Source of the DNA: a virus
Lineage: Duplodnaviria; Caudoviricetes
DNA: 64,000 nucleotides
Strand: one strand, 5' to 3'
Virus record (IMG/VR): IMGVR_UViG_3300033463_000020
Of this stretch, positions 10,401 through 23,500 are shown piece after piece. Under the pieces are notes generated by a model. That model had not been told where the DNA came from and ran no database searches. It worked only from the letters and a program-made list of their open reading frames with translations. Both the position numbers and the translations under genes were made by a program. Every line of letters begins with the position of its first letter. Position 1 is the stretch's first letter.

Positions 10401-13400
10401 TTATTGAGCGACCCCTCTACCGTTATTCGTGCTGCATTGACTTATGTAGACGATTATGGTAATATTCGAAATTATGACGTAGGCAGCGGTTTGGGTGGCG
10501 ATAAAGCATTGATGCGGCGTTTAGCAAATTATGCTATGCATGAAATCCCCGAGGCCAAGTGGGAGCCAGGCGATGCTGAGGTAATTAGACAAATCACGCG
10601 GATTAATAACCGAGGTGTAGCATTTGGCGGCCATGGTGGCGGCGGAGGCGGCGGCCCAGTTATTCCCATTGTTGGTGGAGCCGGAACGTCTGGCAACGGC
10701 GGCCTGATGAAAGAACTGAGCAGTGGCTTGGGTAAATATATCGGTCGTATTTTGGGCGGTAGTGGTTTGTATCGCTTATTTGCTAAGGTGCGCCAGGGGA
10801 TTGCATCTCTGGTAAAAGAGGCCACTGAACTGGACAAGACGTTGACGAACCTGCAAATTACTACTGGCGGTACACGTGAAGACACACGCCAACTGCTTTC
10901 TACATATGCGCAACTTGGACGTCAGCTCGGCGCTACCACACAAGAGGTAGCAGCTTCGGCGCTCGAATGGCAACGTTAGGGTTATGAGGCTGGCGAAGTG
11001 GCCGATCTGGTGACGTCATCTTTGTATCTAAGCAAACTCGGCATGATTGACGCCTCTACGGCAACGTAGAATTTAACTTCCGCCTTAAAGGGCTTTAAAA
11101 TCGCTGCATCTGAGTCTATGGATGTCGTCGATAAATTGACAGCAATTGACTTAAAAGCAGCAACTTCCGCGGGTGAAATTGCCAACGGCTTAGCCCAGTT
11201 TGCAAACATAGGTAGCTTGGCTGGTGTAAATCTTGACGAAGCGGCAGCGTATGTCGCGACAATCGCCGATGTTACCCAAATGAGTGGGTCGTCCGCAGGA
11301 CAAGCGCTAGAATGTTTTTGGCGCTTTATAGGGATAATACATAACCCTATTGGTAAAATCTTTTCTAATGATTAATATTAGATTTAATATTATGCTTGAA
11401 AACCCAGAAGTGGGCAACAAGGAGGAATTCGTTTTGATAGTTCAACAAAAATTGTGTAAATATTGTGGTAAGATATTTACACCCAATAGTCCGCGGCCCG
11501 ACTTGGTGCAATATTGTAGTCAGCATTGTAAATATGCGGCGGATTATAGTAAAAAATATCGTTATACTTATACGTGCACAAATTGTGGCGCCACAATTCA
11601 TCGCAGCCGCAAAATTACAGGGGCGTAGCCATTTTGTAATCAAGCATGTTTGAGCGCGTATGAGCATCGGCAATCGTATGAAACGCGCACATGTGAAAGT
11701 TGCGGGCAAATTTTCGAATGCGCCAAAACTAGCACGCAAAGGTTTTGTAGCCCTGAATGCCAAATTACGTGGCAGCGTGAGTATCCGAGGAGTGGGGGCG
11801 ATCACCCCGCATATCGGCACGACGTCAGCATCGCTGAGCGTACAATAGTTTGTGCATGGTGTGGCGTATCTTTTGTTGTCGAACCATGGCAAATTTCTAA
11901 AACTAAATTTTGTTCGCGTTAGTGTAAGCATGCAGCAATGTTAGATGCGGCACGTACCCAAAAAACTTGGGCTGAGCGTGTGGATACGGCTCCTTAGCGC
12001 ATCGCCAATGCTTTACTAGAGAGGTTGGGGATCGCATTTGTAAATGAGTATCCGTGCGGCTATTTTAGTTTAGATATTTATTGTGCAGAATTGCATATGC
12101 CCATTGAGGTGATGGGTACGTATTGGCACGCAGATCGCCGTATATATTCGACATTATCTGAAATATAGCGTCGAGATATCATTCAGGATAAGCGCAAACG
12201 CACATATGTACGGAATCATTTATCGGCCGAGATCTTATATCTTTGGGAGCAAGATTTATATGACGACCCGGCATTATGCGCGGCTTTGGTATCTTTATAT
12301 ATTGAATAGCATGGACAACTATTGAACTATCATTCACATAATTATCATCTAGAGAACGGACAGGCGGTGTTGAACGATTGTCCATTGGAAAATTATGTGG
12401 ACGCTGAGAATGATTACCACTCATTACTTGGCAACGGAGCCTTGAACGACTGAATGAAAAGACCCCATTTCGATGGGGATGCGACAGTCTGAACACGGGT
12501 ATAACAACAAGAAGCCCGTGAGCCGCGGTCGAGTGTAAAGACACTCTTGGAAGCACCGTGGCCCTCCGATAATAACAGGAGAGTAACAAAATTGTAAAAC
12601 AATTATATCACGCTATGGTAATGTTAAAGCCGGGGCTTTTAATAAAATGACCCTGGATGCCGACACTGGTGATGGAACCACGTTAAACGATGTTGAGCGT
12701 GTTTTATCCAAGCTGGGCATCAGTATTCGTGATAGCAATCTGTCGTTTAAAGATTTTAGCACCATTCTAGAAGAGATTGCCTCTAGATGGCAGACGTTAG
12801 ATAACGTTTCGCAACGTGCGATTGCAAATGCGTTTGCCGGCGTAAGACAGCAAGAGGCTTTTACGACTCTACTTTAGAACTGGGATAAATATCAAGAGTT
12901 ATTAGCAACCTCGCAGCAGTCCAAGGGTACTGCCGAAACCAAGTACGCGGCATACTAGTAGTCTTTGCAAGCGGCTCAAAGCGCACGTAAGACGACTTGG
13001 GAACAATTAGCCAACAGCGCAGAAATTTCTGAGCTACTAATTGCGATTAATAACGTGGGCAGATGGTTGGGAGAGTTTGTTCCCTTTCTGCTGAAGTGGT
13101 TACCACATGCGTTAATTTTAGCCGATCAGATCTTTTCAATACGCGGCGGCGGGTTTTTGAATGGCTTAATTAATTAGTTCTCACAAATGAAATTATTTTC
13201 AGCGCATAGCTTGAAAAATGAGAAATAGAAAACCCAAGAAACCAAAAAGCAGTATCGGGCCGAGCAGCAGAAGACTGAAGAAGAGAAGCATTAGGTGCAA
13301 GCGGAGCAAGAGCAAACTCGCCAAGATCAGCAACAAGCAGCAGGAGGATCGGGAGATGGCAAGACATCTGCCCGAGGCCGGGGCGGCGCGCATAGCAAGG

Positions 13401-16400
13401 CCCAGGTTATTAGTGCTGGTATTACTTACGGCCTCGGTCAAATTGCTTCGGGCTTAAGTGCTTATGGCAGCGCTGGGGCTACGCATACTTTTACGAATGC
13501 CGCCGGCGAAAGTCGTGACGTCAACTCTTCTTAGCGCGCACGTCAGGCTGGACGCGGGATCGCAGCGGTTTTAGCCGTAGCCTTACCCGCCGTTGGCGCT
13601 ATTCTTGGCAATATCGTGGGCGATGAAGTTAGCCGTCGGATTGATGCGGCACGCGATGCAGCCGACGAGCGTACGCGGGTGGCATAGGAAAATTTGCACG
13701 TATTAACCAGCGCACAAACCAACTTGGAAACTATGATCCGACTACGAAATGCGGCTCTCGTCTCAGAAGAAAAAGAGCGCGATCAAGCCATTGCTGAGTA
13801 TATCGCGACTATGTATGCTTCGGATAATGTTGCGGTACGGGAAATCTTAGAGAAGTATTTAAAACAGATTTACGGAGAGACCAAAACTATTAGGCAAGTA
13901 ACCGAAGCGATGCATTCGGGTGATGAAAAGGAGCGCGCTTAGGCCGCACACGCCCTAGAATTGGCCCAGGCATAGGCCGAGCACGCTCAAACGCGTCGAG
14001 CTCGAGCGTCTGAGGACTATGCGGAAGCCGAAAGATTGCGTGAGGCTATGCTGGCATATAATGCGTCACGTCCGGGGTATACGGCCAGCGGCATTAGCAA
14101 CCGGACTAATGGTCTGAATATAGGACATAGTGCTGGCGTTGGGGCAACGGCAGGTGGTCTTGTCATGGGCGGTGAGGTCGCCGCTATGCTGGCGGCGGCT
14201 GGCGCAGTAAGTGCCATTCCTGTGTGGGGGTGGATTATAGCAGCGGCATTAGCAGCTACAGCCGGTGTGGGCGCGGGTGTAGCCGCTTATAAGTCGAGAT
14301 CGGCCAGAAGCGAGATTGAGGAAGGGCAAAACTGGTCCTGGGAAGAGCAGTGGGACGACCTGAAGCTGGACGAGAAGATTTCGCGGTTATTAGCGGCTGA
14401 AGAGGCCCAAAAAGACGCAGTCGAACGTAACGCACGGGGTGCCACTGAACAACTTGAGGCTACGCGTGCCCTCCGAGAAGCCTACGAGGATTATCGCGAG
14501 TATTTACGCGCATAGTATGAGGAAGATAACAAAGCTAAAATGGATGAGGCTTTGATTTATGCTGGTTGGTAGTCTAACGGCTCTTTTAATACTGATTCGA
14601 GCGATATTAACGCCACAGAGTACTTCTTGAAGGATTTGAACGTCGTATAGGCAAAAAATTACGGGCAAAAGGCGTTGTATGACGCGCTGGCTGAAGCGCT
14701 GGGCGAAGGTGCGCTTGAGGGCATTAATATTAAAAATGCCGAGGGTGAATATACTGAGTATTTTGTAAATTATGCACGGCATATTATGTCCGAGAATGAG
14801 GACGTAGAGTCTGTTCTCAGCGGCGAAGCGTATACCTTGAATGAGGCGCTTGACAAGCTAGGCTCAAACACTGATCAATTTAGTCGGGCGACGATGCAAG
14901 ATTTCGCACGTGCAATGCGTGTTGCACGCAAAGAACTGGGGGACTATAGTGAGCTGGTGGGCGAATTAACTTTGGCTGAATTGATGATGACGACCACAGA
15001 GCTCGAAGAAGAGTTCGACAGCTTATACGGAGTACTGGGGAAGGTATCGGACGGCACGCAGTCTGTAACCAAGTGGATGACAGACATTGTGGCTCACTAC
15101 CCCGATTTAATTAATTACATGAGTAGCACTCCGGCGCTCATTACCGCAATCGTGAACAAGCTCTATGACTTAAACAATCAAACCATGCGTCAACAATATG
15201 AAGAATATGGTGAAAGTACATCGTTCTGGGCAAAGACGATGCGCCCGGGCGCTGAAGGTTGGCTGGCTGAACAGGAGAAGCAGGGGAACATTACCTCAGC
15301 AGAACACGAAGCGGTGCTTAAACTGATCCAGGATAAGCGAATTACTAAGCTGAACGAGGCGGTGCAGAGATTGGCCGTGGTGCCATCTTTGGCTGAAGAT
15401 AGCCCGTTGCGGCGTACCTACGAGCTCATGGAACGGGCTATAGAGGCGGGCACTAACGGAGTTATCCTACGCTCGGATATTTGGACTGAACAGACCCAAA
15501 AGCTGACCAATTTTATTGCCGAACAACTTAAAGCTCAAGTGGCTGCGCTAGAGGCTCAAAAACAGGCGTTGCAGGATGTTAACAAACAGCGACAATTTGA
15601 GGTTGAGCTTCTAAATGCACGCAATAAACTTGCAGACGCAATGAATCAAAAGCAGCGCGTCTATCGTACCGGCGTAGGTTTTGTATATGAGCCTGATCAG
15701 GGGGCTATCAAAAAGGCGAAAGAAGAACTGTAGGAAGTCTAGTTACAGAAAGACGTGTCGAAAATTACTAAGCAAATCGACATCTTGCAGGAGGAAGCGA
15801 GTTAGTGGGAGACCCTGTGGAGCACGCGTACCAAGGAGCTCTAGGAGGCAGTTATTGAGGAAATTTGGGGCAAGAATTACACGAATTTTAAAACCGCGTT
15901 ATTTGGAGATTCTGCGCAGCAGACCTTGAATGTTGGTGAGCATGGCGTTAAGGTGGACGCCGCGAGTCTTCATGAGTAGCTTGATACTATTTTTGGTACG
16001 AGTAAAGGTGCGTTTAGCACTAGTATACAGACTGCTGTTTTTGGATCTACTGAGACGTTGGCTACTTGGTGGCAAAAAACAGGCGCGACATCGGTCGAGT
16101 CATTGTTTGGTTATTTACAGGCCATTATAGATAATCAGAACAAAGAGACGAACCCCCAGGTTTTAGAGTTACAGTAGGCGTTCAAAACCTATAACAAGTT
16201 AGCTTCAGCTCGGGGTAACGGTGTATCGGTTGACGCCAATGAGTGGAACTCGGCATTACAGGATTATAAGACCAAATTTACTGCCGCAGTAAATGCGGGG
16301 CTCATAGATGAGAATTGGGCATTCAATTAGAATTATAATCTCACCAGCCAAAGTCACGCCCCGGGCAGCCGATATGAATATACTTATAATCCCTGGGATC

Positions 16401-17311
16401 TTGGAAACCATGTTGATAAGCTTCTGATGACCCCCAGCGCAGTGGAGGCTGTGTCGACCGTTGGCGAGATATTCCGACAGGGCGTGGTTCAGGCGCGTGC
16501 AGGATATGCGTGGCCTTAGGGGGAGAACCCTTACAATTCCGCAGTTCAAGTTACGGGATATGTGCCCATTGAGCCCACCTCAACGTTTGCCACTGGTTTG
16601 AATCGCGTTAAGAACGAGTTTAAGTGGGGTGATGGTGAGGGGAAAGAGCGCGCCTGGTTCTGGACCCCGGGTCTGCTTAAGAGCGGGGGGGCCGAGTTTT
16701 CTGAAGGCACCTCGAGCGACCTAATGACAGCATTTACATCGGCTAATAACTGGTCTGATGTTGCGCGCAACTTAGCTGACGAAGATGAGTTTTTAATTTG
16801 GACCCAAGATGGCGGTTATATCTTATTATCCGGCGGTCACGCATACAAAGCGAACACAGCGACATTGTATGAGGTAGGTAAGACGTTGGCGCAATAGGGA
16901 TTGAGCGGATAGGAGCCCTCTCTCGGACATACGACCAGAGGAAGCCACGCGGCTGGAAGCCTCGGATTGGCTCAAACTGGTACGAGGTTAATTAATGAGT
17001 TTGGCACTGAAGCGATTATTACCCCTTCTGGCACCATTACTGCGCTACCTTCGCATACTGGGATTATTCCTGCCGATATTACGCGGAATCTTTGGCAGTT
17101 GGGTGAAGTAGCGCCTAGTATTTTGCGCGTCGCCGAAACCATTGCACCCGATAGCATTCTCCGCAGCAGCACCCAGTCTGCTATAACAGATCAATCGTTT
17201 AATATCAATAATTTGTCGATGAGTGTCAATGCCGACGATAGTTTTGACGTAGATGCCTTCATTGAAGCGATTAAATCCCGCGTTGCCTTGACGCATCACG
17301 CTCACCGATAA
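4443..17311 (+). CDS. Giant tape-measure protein with N-terminal two-barrel RNA polymerase-like region and PD-(D/E)xK nuclease-like domain; join(4443..11308,12595..17311), ~3860 aa, about 50 in-frame TAG
   Basis: Fragments from 4443 to 11118 share one frame and those from 12647 to 16967 share another; the offset equals the 1286-nt intron. I read the gaps and found only TAG. TP901-type tape-measure core at ~10800-12950 (ELDKTLTNLQITTG..EWQRQG..SKLGMID..VVDKLTAID..GQALKTIISRYGNVK). Typical TMP C-terminus (HAAG..LINEFGTEAII). Confidence 0.9.
11309..12594 (+). mobile_element. Group I intron in the tape-measure gene
   Basis: Removal restores GQAL|KTIISRYGNVK in frame (CT|T). The exon ends in U and the intron ends in G. 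P1 is AAGCGCT(11302-11308)/GGCGCTT(11320-11326) with U.G at the splice site. P10 is TGTTTT/AAAACA. P7 is GACTG(12448)/CAGTC(12485) within R- and S-like elements. Confidence 0.9.
11434..12453 (+). CDS. Intron-encoded homing endonuclease: Cys-rich Zn-finger repeats plus Vsr/DUF559 (EDxHD-like) nuclease domain, 5 in-frame TAG
   Basis: GGAGG RBS then TTG 11434. Four CxxC..CxxxC repeats. C-terminal NEY..LDIY..IEVMGTYWH..QDKRK..ILYLWEQD. TAG at 11626, 11920, 11995, 12166 and 12307. The TGA stop overlaps P7. Confidence 0.8.
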
Positions 17312-17325
17312 AAGCGGTGTTTTAT
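17308..17325. promoter_or_regulatory. ATAAAA-N6-TTTTAT palindrome, copy 2
   Basis: ATAAAA GCGGTG TTTTAT, overlapping the tape-measure stop codon. Confidence 0.5.
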
Positions 17326-17390
17326 TAGGTTTTAACCGTAAGTTTTATGCAAAAAATGCATATTTCATGAATAAAATCTAGTGCTTTATT

Positions 17391-17418
17391 GCGCTGGCGG
17401 GCTTCGGCCCGCCGGCGC
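17391..17418 (+). terminator. GC-rich hairpin with UUCG loop
   Basis: GCGCTGGCGGGC-TTCG-GCCCGCCGGCGC, intergenic after the tape-measure gene. Confidence 0.5.
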
Positions 17419-17515
17419 AGATTCATGCCGTGTTCCCCGGCTAAAACATGCACACTAAGTTGGGCGTGTATGTTTTATCCGAGGAGCGCGATATCTTAAT
17501 TAGGAGGTAAATTCC

Positions 17516-20500
17516 ATGGCGGTTTATAAACCCACTTTGTGCTATCCATTTTCCAATGGTCTAGACATTCGCACGGGTGTCCAGAAAATTAGCGAGACGG
17601 GTGCGCTCGTAGATCCAGCGCAATGCTTGACGTGCCGTATTGAAACGTCCAATGTTGCAATTACAGGATATTCAGTAGCATTGTTTTCGACGGCTCACGA
17701 ACAAATTTTTCCCAAAGTTTTTGAAGATGCGACCAATAAGATACCGTATGTGAGTCCAATTTCGGAATTGCAGTATGCGTCTTTGGGTTATGACGCACAG
17801 AATCCCACGGGGGTTAACTCGGGTGTTAATGGTGCAACATTGCGTATTCCTTTTTTCCGTGCTACACGTGCAGACACTGACTATCCGAGATCATTAAACG
17901 CCATATATTATCAAGCTGATTATGTTGTGGCACATTTAATTTTAGACGAAACCGCTGCAGAGGAGGCGCCTAGTGATTACCGAGCCACACGAGACCCCAG
18001 TGTATATACTAATGTCGATGAGGCCGAGTACTGGAAACAAACGACGCGTACGGGGGGTACGTATTTAATTCATACGACTACCACCGATCCCACCGATGTC
18101 ACACATATTTCCAATGCCAGTTATGTTGCAAATGGTGGCGCTTTAATATGTGATGGCGAACCCTTAATTGTGGGTGATTTAGTAGGGGTGATTTTGGGTA
18201 CTGAACCCCAAAGTGGTGCACCTATCTAGATGACCAAGGGTGGTATATATGAGGTTGCCACAATTCCTGCGGCAGACGACGATAGTCGTATGATTTTCGC
18301 GCTAAAATTGCGTAATACGTTAGCGCTAAAAAGCCGTTTAGTGGTTTGGCAAGGTGCGTCTTTGCATAATACCATGTGGGAGGTTACTACTGATGGTTTG
18401 GGGTAGCGTGGCGCATTGGACGATGCTTTGTGGTGCGATACCTACGGTAACCCCGTAGAGTTGGACGCGCGGGGGACGCATTATCAATGGGAGATTACGC
18501 TCTACCAAGGCACTACCGCGATTGGCGAGTCGCTACCCATTTTACCCGCCGATACTGTAATGCGCACTCGTTATGGTGGCTGGGTAGATTATACAACTAT
18601 TGGCCCTCAATGGTTTGATAATATTGTAACTGGTGGACAAATTATGGGGTCGACGCCAGAACGGCTGTAGTTGGCCGATGCCAGTGAGCAATATTTACCG
18701 GCGGGTACCGATTCGGATCCCCTGGTGTTACAAGATACATTTTGTGCTATATTCCCGTTGCCCGCAGGGTCGGCAACAGATTATACATCCTGGTCGAGTA
18801 TTAGTCGCTTTCCTGTGCATGATTACGATGCACGTTATGGGCATGTATATCCTTATGCCAAAACTTTGTTAGGCCTGAGTCCGCCCAGCGCAGAATAGTG
18901 GTGTGCTTTTTATGAACACTCAACAAATCCGCAGGAAATCTTAGACACAGATATTGTGGATTATGCATATGCTACGGAACTAGCCTTAAGTTTCTGGCAC
19001 GTAACCGATGGCGCTTGGCACCAAGATTCGATATCTGCAAATGACTATAACGCTGTCGATCTTTGGAAGGGCGTGTCCGTGACCGAACGGTATCTGGTCG
19101 TGGGATCGGACGGTAGTTATAATCCCAATCCTACAGGTAGTGGCGGTCAAATTTTGTTAACTGCGCAATCCAGACGGTGGCAAAATGGCGTGTGGCAAAT
19201 TAAAACGATGGAAGCAGCTTGGGGGAATAGCACAAGTAAAAAATATTATTTAACTCGTGCAGCTAAGTATGAAACCTGGGGCGATTTCATTGGCCGCATC
19301 GTCTATGCCCCACAGCCGTCCAGTATGAACTGGACTAGCCTAGCAGCAGCCGGGGCCGCCAATTTGTGGAATTACCAAGATGTCGATATGCAATATGGTC
19401 GTGGGGATTTAGTATTTTCACCTGAGCGACCTATTCTATTGTTCCGAGAAAAATTATGGCACGTAAATAATTTTACTGGCGTGGTCCGTAGTGTGGATCT
19501 ATATAGCGCTTACTCGGCGGGGTCAGGTTTTACCCCGCAAGATAGCGACGGTGCCCGTTAGAACGCATGGCAAATTGGCGATTATGTGGCGGATCGCACG
19601 GGTACGATCTATTATGTTGCGGGCTGTACGCGCAATCACACGTAGTTTACTTTGGAGCGGGTCGGTAACGCCGCAAATTATGCCTTTATTTATGTCGTCA
19701 ATTTTGCGCGAACGTCTACGGGAATTCTTTATGATGCCGGGGGCACCGTTTATACCTGGGTTCCGGCGACGAATTCAGAGCCCGCGAGCTGGCAACAAAC
19801 ATGGGAGTTACATCGTGCTAAAATTTTAAAGAATAATACGACGTATACTTATGTCTCTCCTTGGGTTAAGGGTGTGGTGGATGCACGTATGAGCATGAAA
19901 TTGCTTAGTCCGGGTGTTGCGGTGGTCGCAAACTCGAACGTCACCACTGATATTATTCGTATTCGTGGCCTGAATGACGTGGTCTATCGTTTAGATCACG
20001 ATGCATTGGATGAGCCCATGGAAGCATATGGCGCGAGCAACCCCTTTATTCCCTATCGTTACAACATCTGTAGTTATTTCCGCACATCGGAGCCGAATCC
20101 CTTTATTGCATATGAGCGTCCGTATTTACGGCTATTCTTAGAGCAAGAATTGTTGACTAATTTATCGATGGTTGCGCCTAGTGTGCCTACTGCTGTAGAA
20201 ACCAGCCATCCTTTAGCGGTGGAGTGGTTGGAGCACATTACCACATATGTGGCAAGAAAACTCAACTTAGGTGTTGAATACCAGCAATTTAACCACACGA
20301 TGTGGGAAAGTTACTAGTGGAAATTATATTCGGGTGATGGTACGACCCTATTGCAAGACACCGGACGGTGCTACGATGGACTAATTTAGACAACATTTTA
20401 TGGTTTGGCCAACGAGCTGAGTGCAAATGTTCCCTATTGGGCTTCTGTGATTGTGGAGAACAGTGTCGGCGATGTTTTGGAATATCGCTTACGTTTTGAA

Positions 20501-23500
20501 ATTGCTGCGGGTTCGCAATCTTCTTTTGTGGATGATGGCGGCGGAGAACGGTGCTGGTTTACCGCTGCTTATGATTGCAATACATAGTCGAATTTAATTA
20601 CATTCTAGTGGGCCGATCCCGATTAGCCTACTCCGGTATCCCCGAAGTATTCGGTTTACCGTCGAGAATATGAGGTATATGAACAACCCGGGGAGCGTTT
20701 TGAGGGATATCGTCAAAGTGATACCGTGTTCACTCGTGATGCCGCCGGCACCATTCCTCTGCCGCGTATTGACTAGGCGTTGTATGAAGATTTAACTATT
20801 GTGGGGACTAAACCTGCGCACGTATTTTATGTTTTCCGCGGGAACCTTGGCCGTTTTGTATAGTCGGCATCGACATATCGTGAATTTAAGGGGGCCTGGG
20901 AGCCCGTGGTAGCGGTACGACAAGCGCCTGCAAACGCTTATATCGATCTATTCAGAGATTTTAATATTTCTAATGGTCGTTCGTATCAGTATATCATTTA
21001 CCCGGCCATTGATGAATGGGGCACCCCAGAAACTGTTGAGCAAACCTTTGCAAACTACTCTGGATTAATTTGGGAACCGCTATCAGTCAATGCCGGTGCA
21101 TTAACAGACGGTACTTTGGAAACCTCCCCGTATAACGGCGGTGCTGTGGTTACAGTGGGCGATTGCTGGAGTTTGGTTGAATTAGTGCCTGAAAAATCTG
21201 ATATTAATGCTCCGATTATTAATTAGCGTTATCGTGTAGATAATGATAATATTTGGTTATTTAGATATGATGTTGAAACCGGAGAGCAGACTCAAAATTT
21301 GGCACGCAATGAATTTGCCAACCTGGGACGTTATCCCAAATTTGGTTTTGGTCGTACAAATTATGCATCTGGGGCGGTATCGGCACAATTGGGCAGTGAA
21401 TTGGTATGCTCATCTAAATATAAATATATTGAACGTTTATCGCATTCGCGGCTGGCCCCTCTTTCTACCAATGAAAAAGCAGAGATGCTGAAACAATGGT
21501 AGGCCTTTATGTATTCACGCAATCCTAAATTATTGCGAGATATTAAGGGGCAAAGTTGGATTGTGCAAGTCTTAGCGTCATCGAATCGTACTAAGAATTA
21601 TTATCCGGAAACGCCGGACACGATTTCCTTCCAATGGAAAGAAGTGGGATCACCGCGTAACGTTATTATTTATGGAGACTATAATGCAGACAATGCTGAA
21701 ATTAGTAAAACCATAGGCAAGGCCGCGTGGAGTAGGGTATTCGCAGGTTTGGGCGGTGCTAATGCAGCAGTGCCCGAAGTGCCTTATCGTATAACATGGA
21801 GTGATGCGATGTGGTCGTTCGATACACTTAACACTGGGACAGAAGCGCGTATTAAATTGGGGGCACCGCCTACGGCTATAGATGACTATACATATGCCAT
21901 TAGTGGGGCCGCTGTTAATGGTGTCGGTAAAATAGGGACCGTTACCGATCATAGTGGTGCTGCTATCACGTTACCCGCGACTTTTGACAGTAGTGCCCTG
22001 TATTTCTGGGTTTTGAATGCCAACGCTCCTTTGCGACTATATTTCCCGGTGGAGACTGTGGTCACTGCAGATTATACTAATCCTTATGTCTTAATTCCTA
22101 CGGGAGACACAGAATTAGTCGTTGGAGCCAATCATACTGCATATGATCTTTTGGTGGTCACTAACAATGCAATGGCCGCAGAGTCGAATCCGGCCTATGT
22201 TGTTGCGGGCAATGGCGCGGCTGCCATTACACGCTTGGATTTCATATTCCCTGCGGATTATAGTGCCCCTCCGAGTACTGTTGTGAATACTGACTATGTC
22301 AAGGTAGACATATAGGGTACATCGGGTAGTGTAACATTTTCTTGGGTACGCGATGATGCGTCACATGGGCATGTGTTATTATCTGGGGTTACTGCACCAT
22401 TGAAAGTTGCCATTTCTGGTATGTTGCGCCTGGCAGCGCCCACCCTAAGTCGTAGTGCGCCCACCAGTACCGTATTAGTTTGGACCAGTATACCGAACGC
22501 TACCGCGTACGAGGTATACTTGGACGGCACATTGGTGACTACTACAAGTGCGCAAACATATGATTATGCTGACTATACTGGTACACCCACAGCTGGCTAG
22601 CATTTCTGGACAGTCTGTGCGGAGACAACGACGGGGGCATTTTCGAAAGAAACCTCCCCAGTTATCGCACAGTGGTATACGATCGTTAGCCAGTGTGCAC
22701 GTTGCGAAGTCCGTCCGGGCTCAGATAGTGGTACTTGGGATTATACGTCGGCTACAATCTATTATGTGTTTGACACTAGCACGAATTTGGCTTGTCCATG
22801 GCAAGTTCCCATGAGTAATGGTTAGCCCGGGGTCTGGTAGTGGACGTATTATAACTCGAGTTCGGGCAGCTTGTATATCTTGGGCGAAGATATGGCGGGT
22901 CTTGCAGCAGATGGTGTCATTACGCAAAATACTTTATATATTAATGTGGGCGCAGTACCTAGGATCACTGCCCCGGTAATTTCATAGCGCGGCACGGTGA
23001 TTTACTGGAGCACGAGAGCCGAAGTAGAGAAATATCGTGTGTATGCCGATTACGGGACGGACGTGTTCACTGTTGATCTCCCCAGGCCCGCCAGTGGTGG
23101 TAGGTGCCAGTATGATCTCTCCGATTATTTGACTCAAGCTACGACTTATGATATTTCTGTGGTGGCGTTTGGTACCAAGGGTCGTTTTTATGGCACCAGT
23201 CTACCTAGCAATGTTATTACGGTCACACAAGAAGCGATATATGCTACCACCGAGAACGGTGCTACGGCCGAGGCGTCGAATCCTGATATGATATGGCATG
23301 GAACCTCTGTTGTGTTGAAATATTGGTTTGACGGCGTGAATTATATCTGTCCAACTACTGCGCCAACTGTTACGGGTGCGACAGGCAGCTGGACAAAAAT
23401 TAGCGACCTGTATGGTGAACTAACTATTTCGTCGCCTACTGGTTCGGTAGTATTCACTATTTCTGGCGTACCTGGCGTAAGTACTAGTTATACAACCGTC

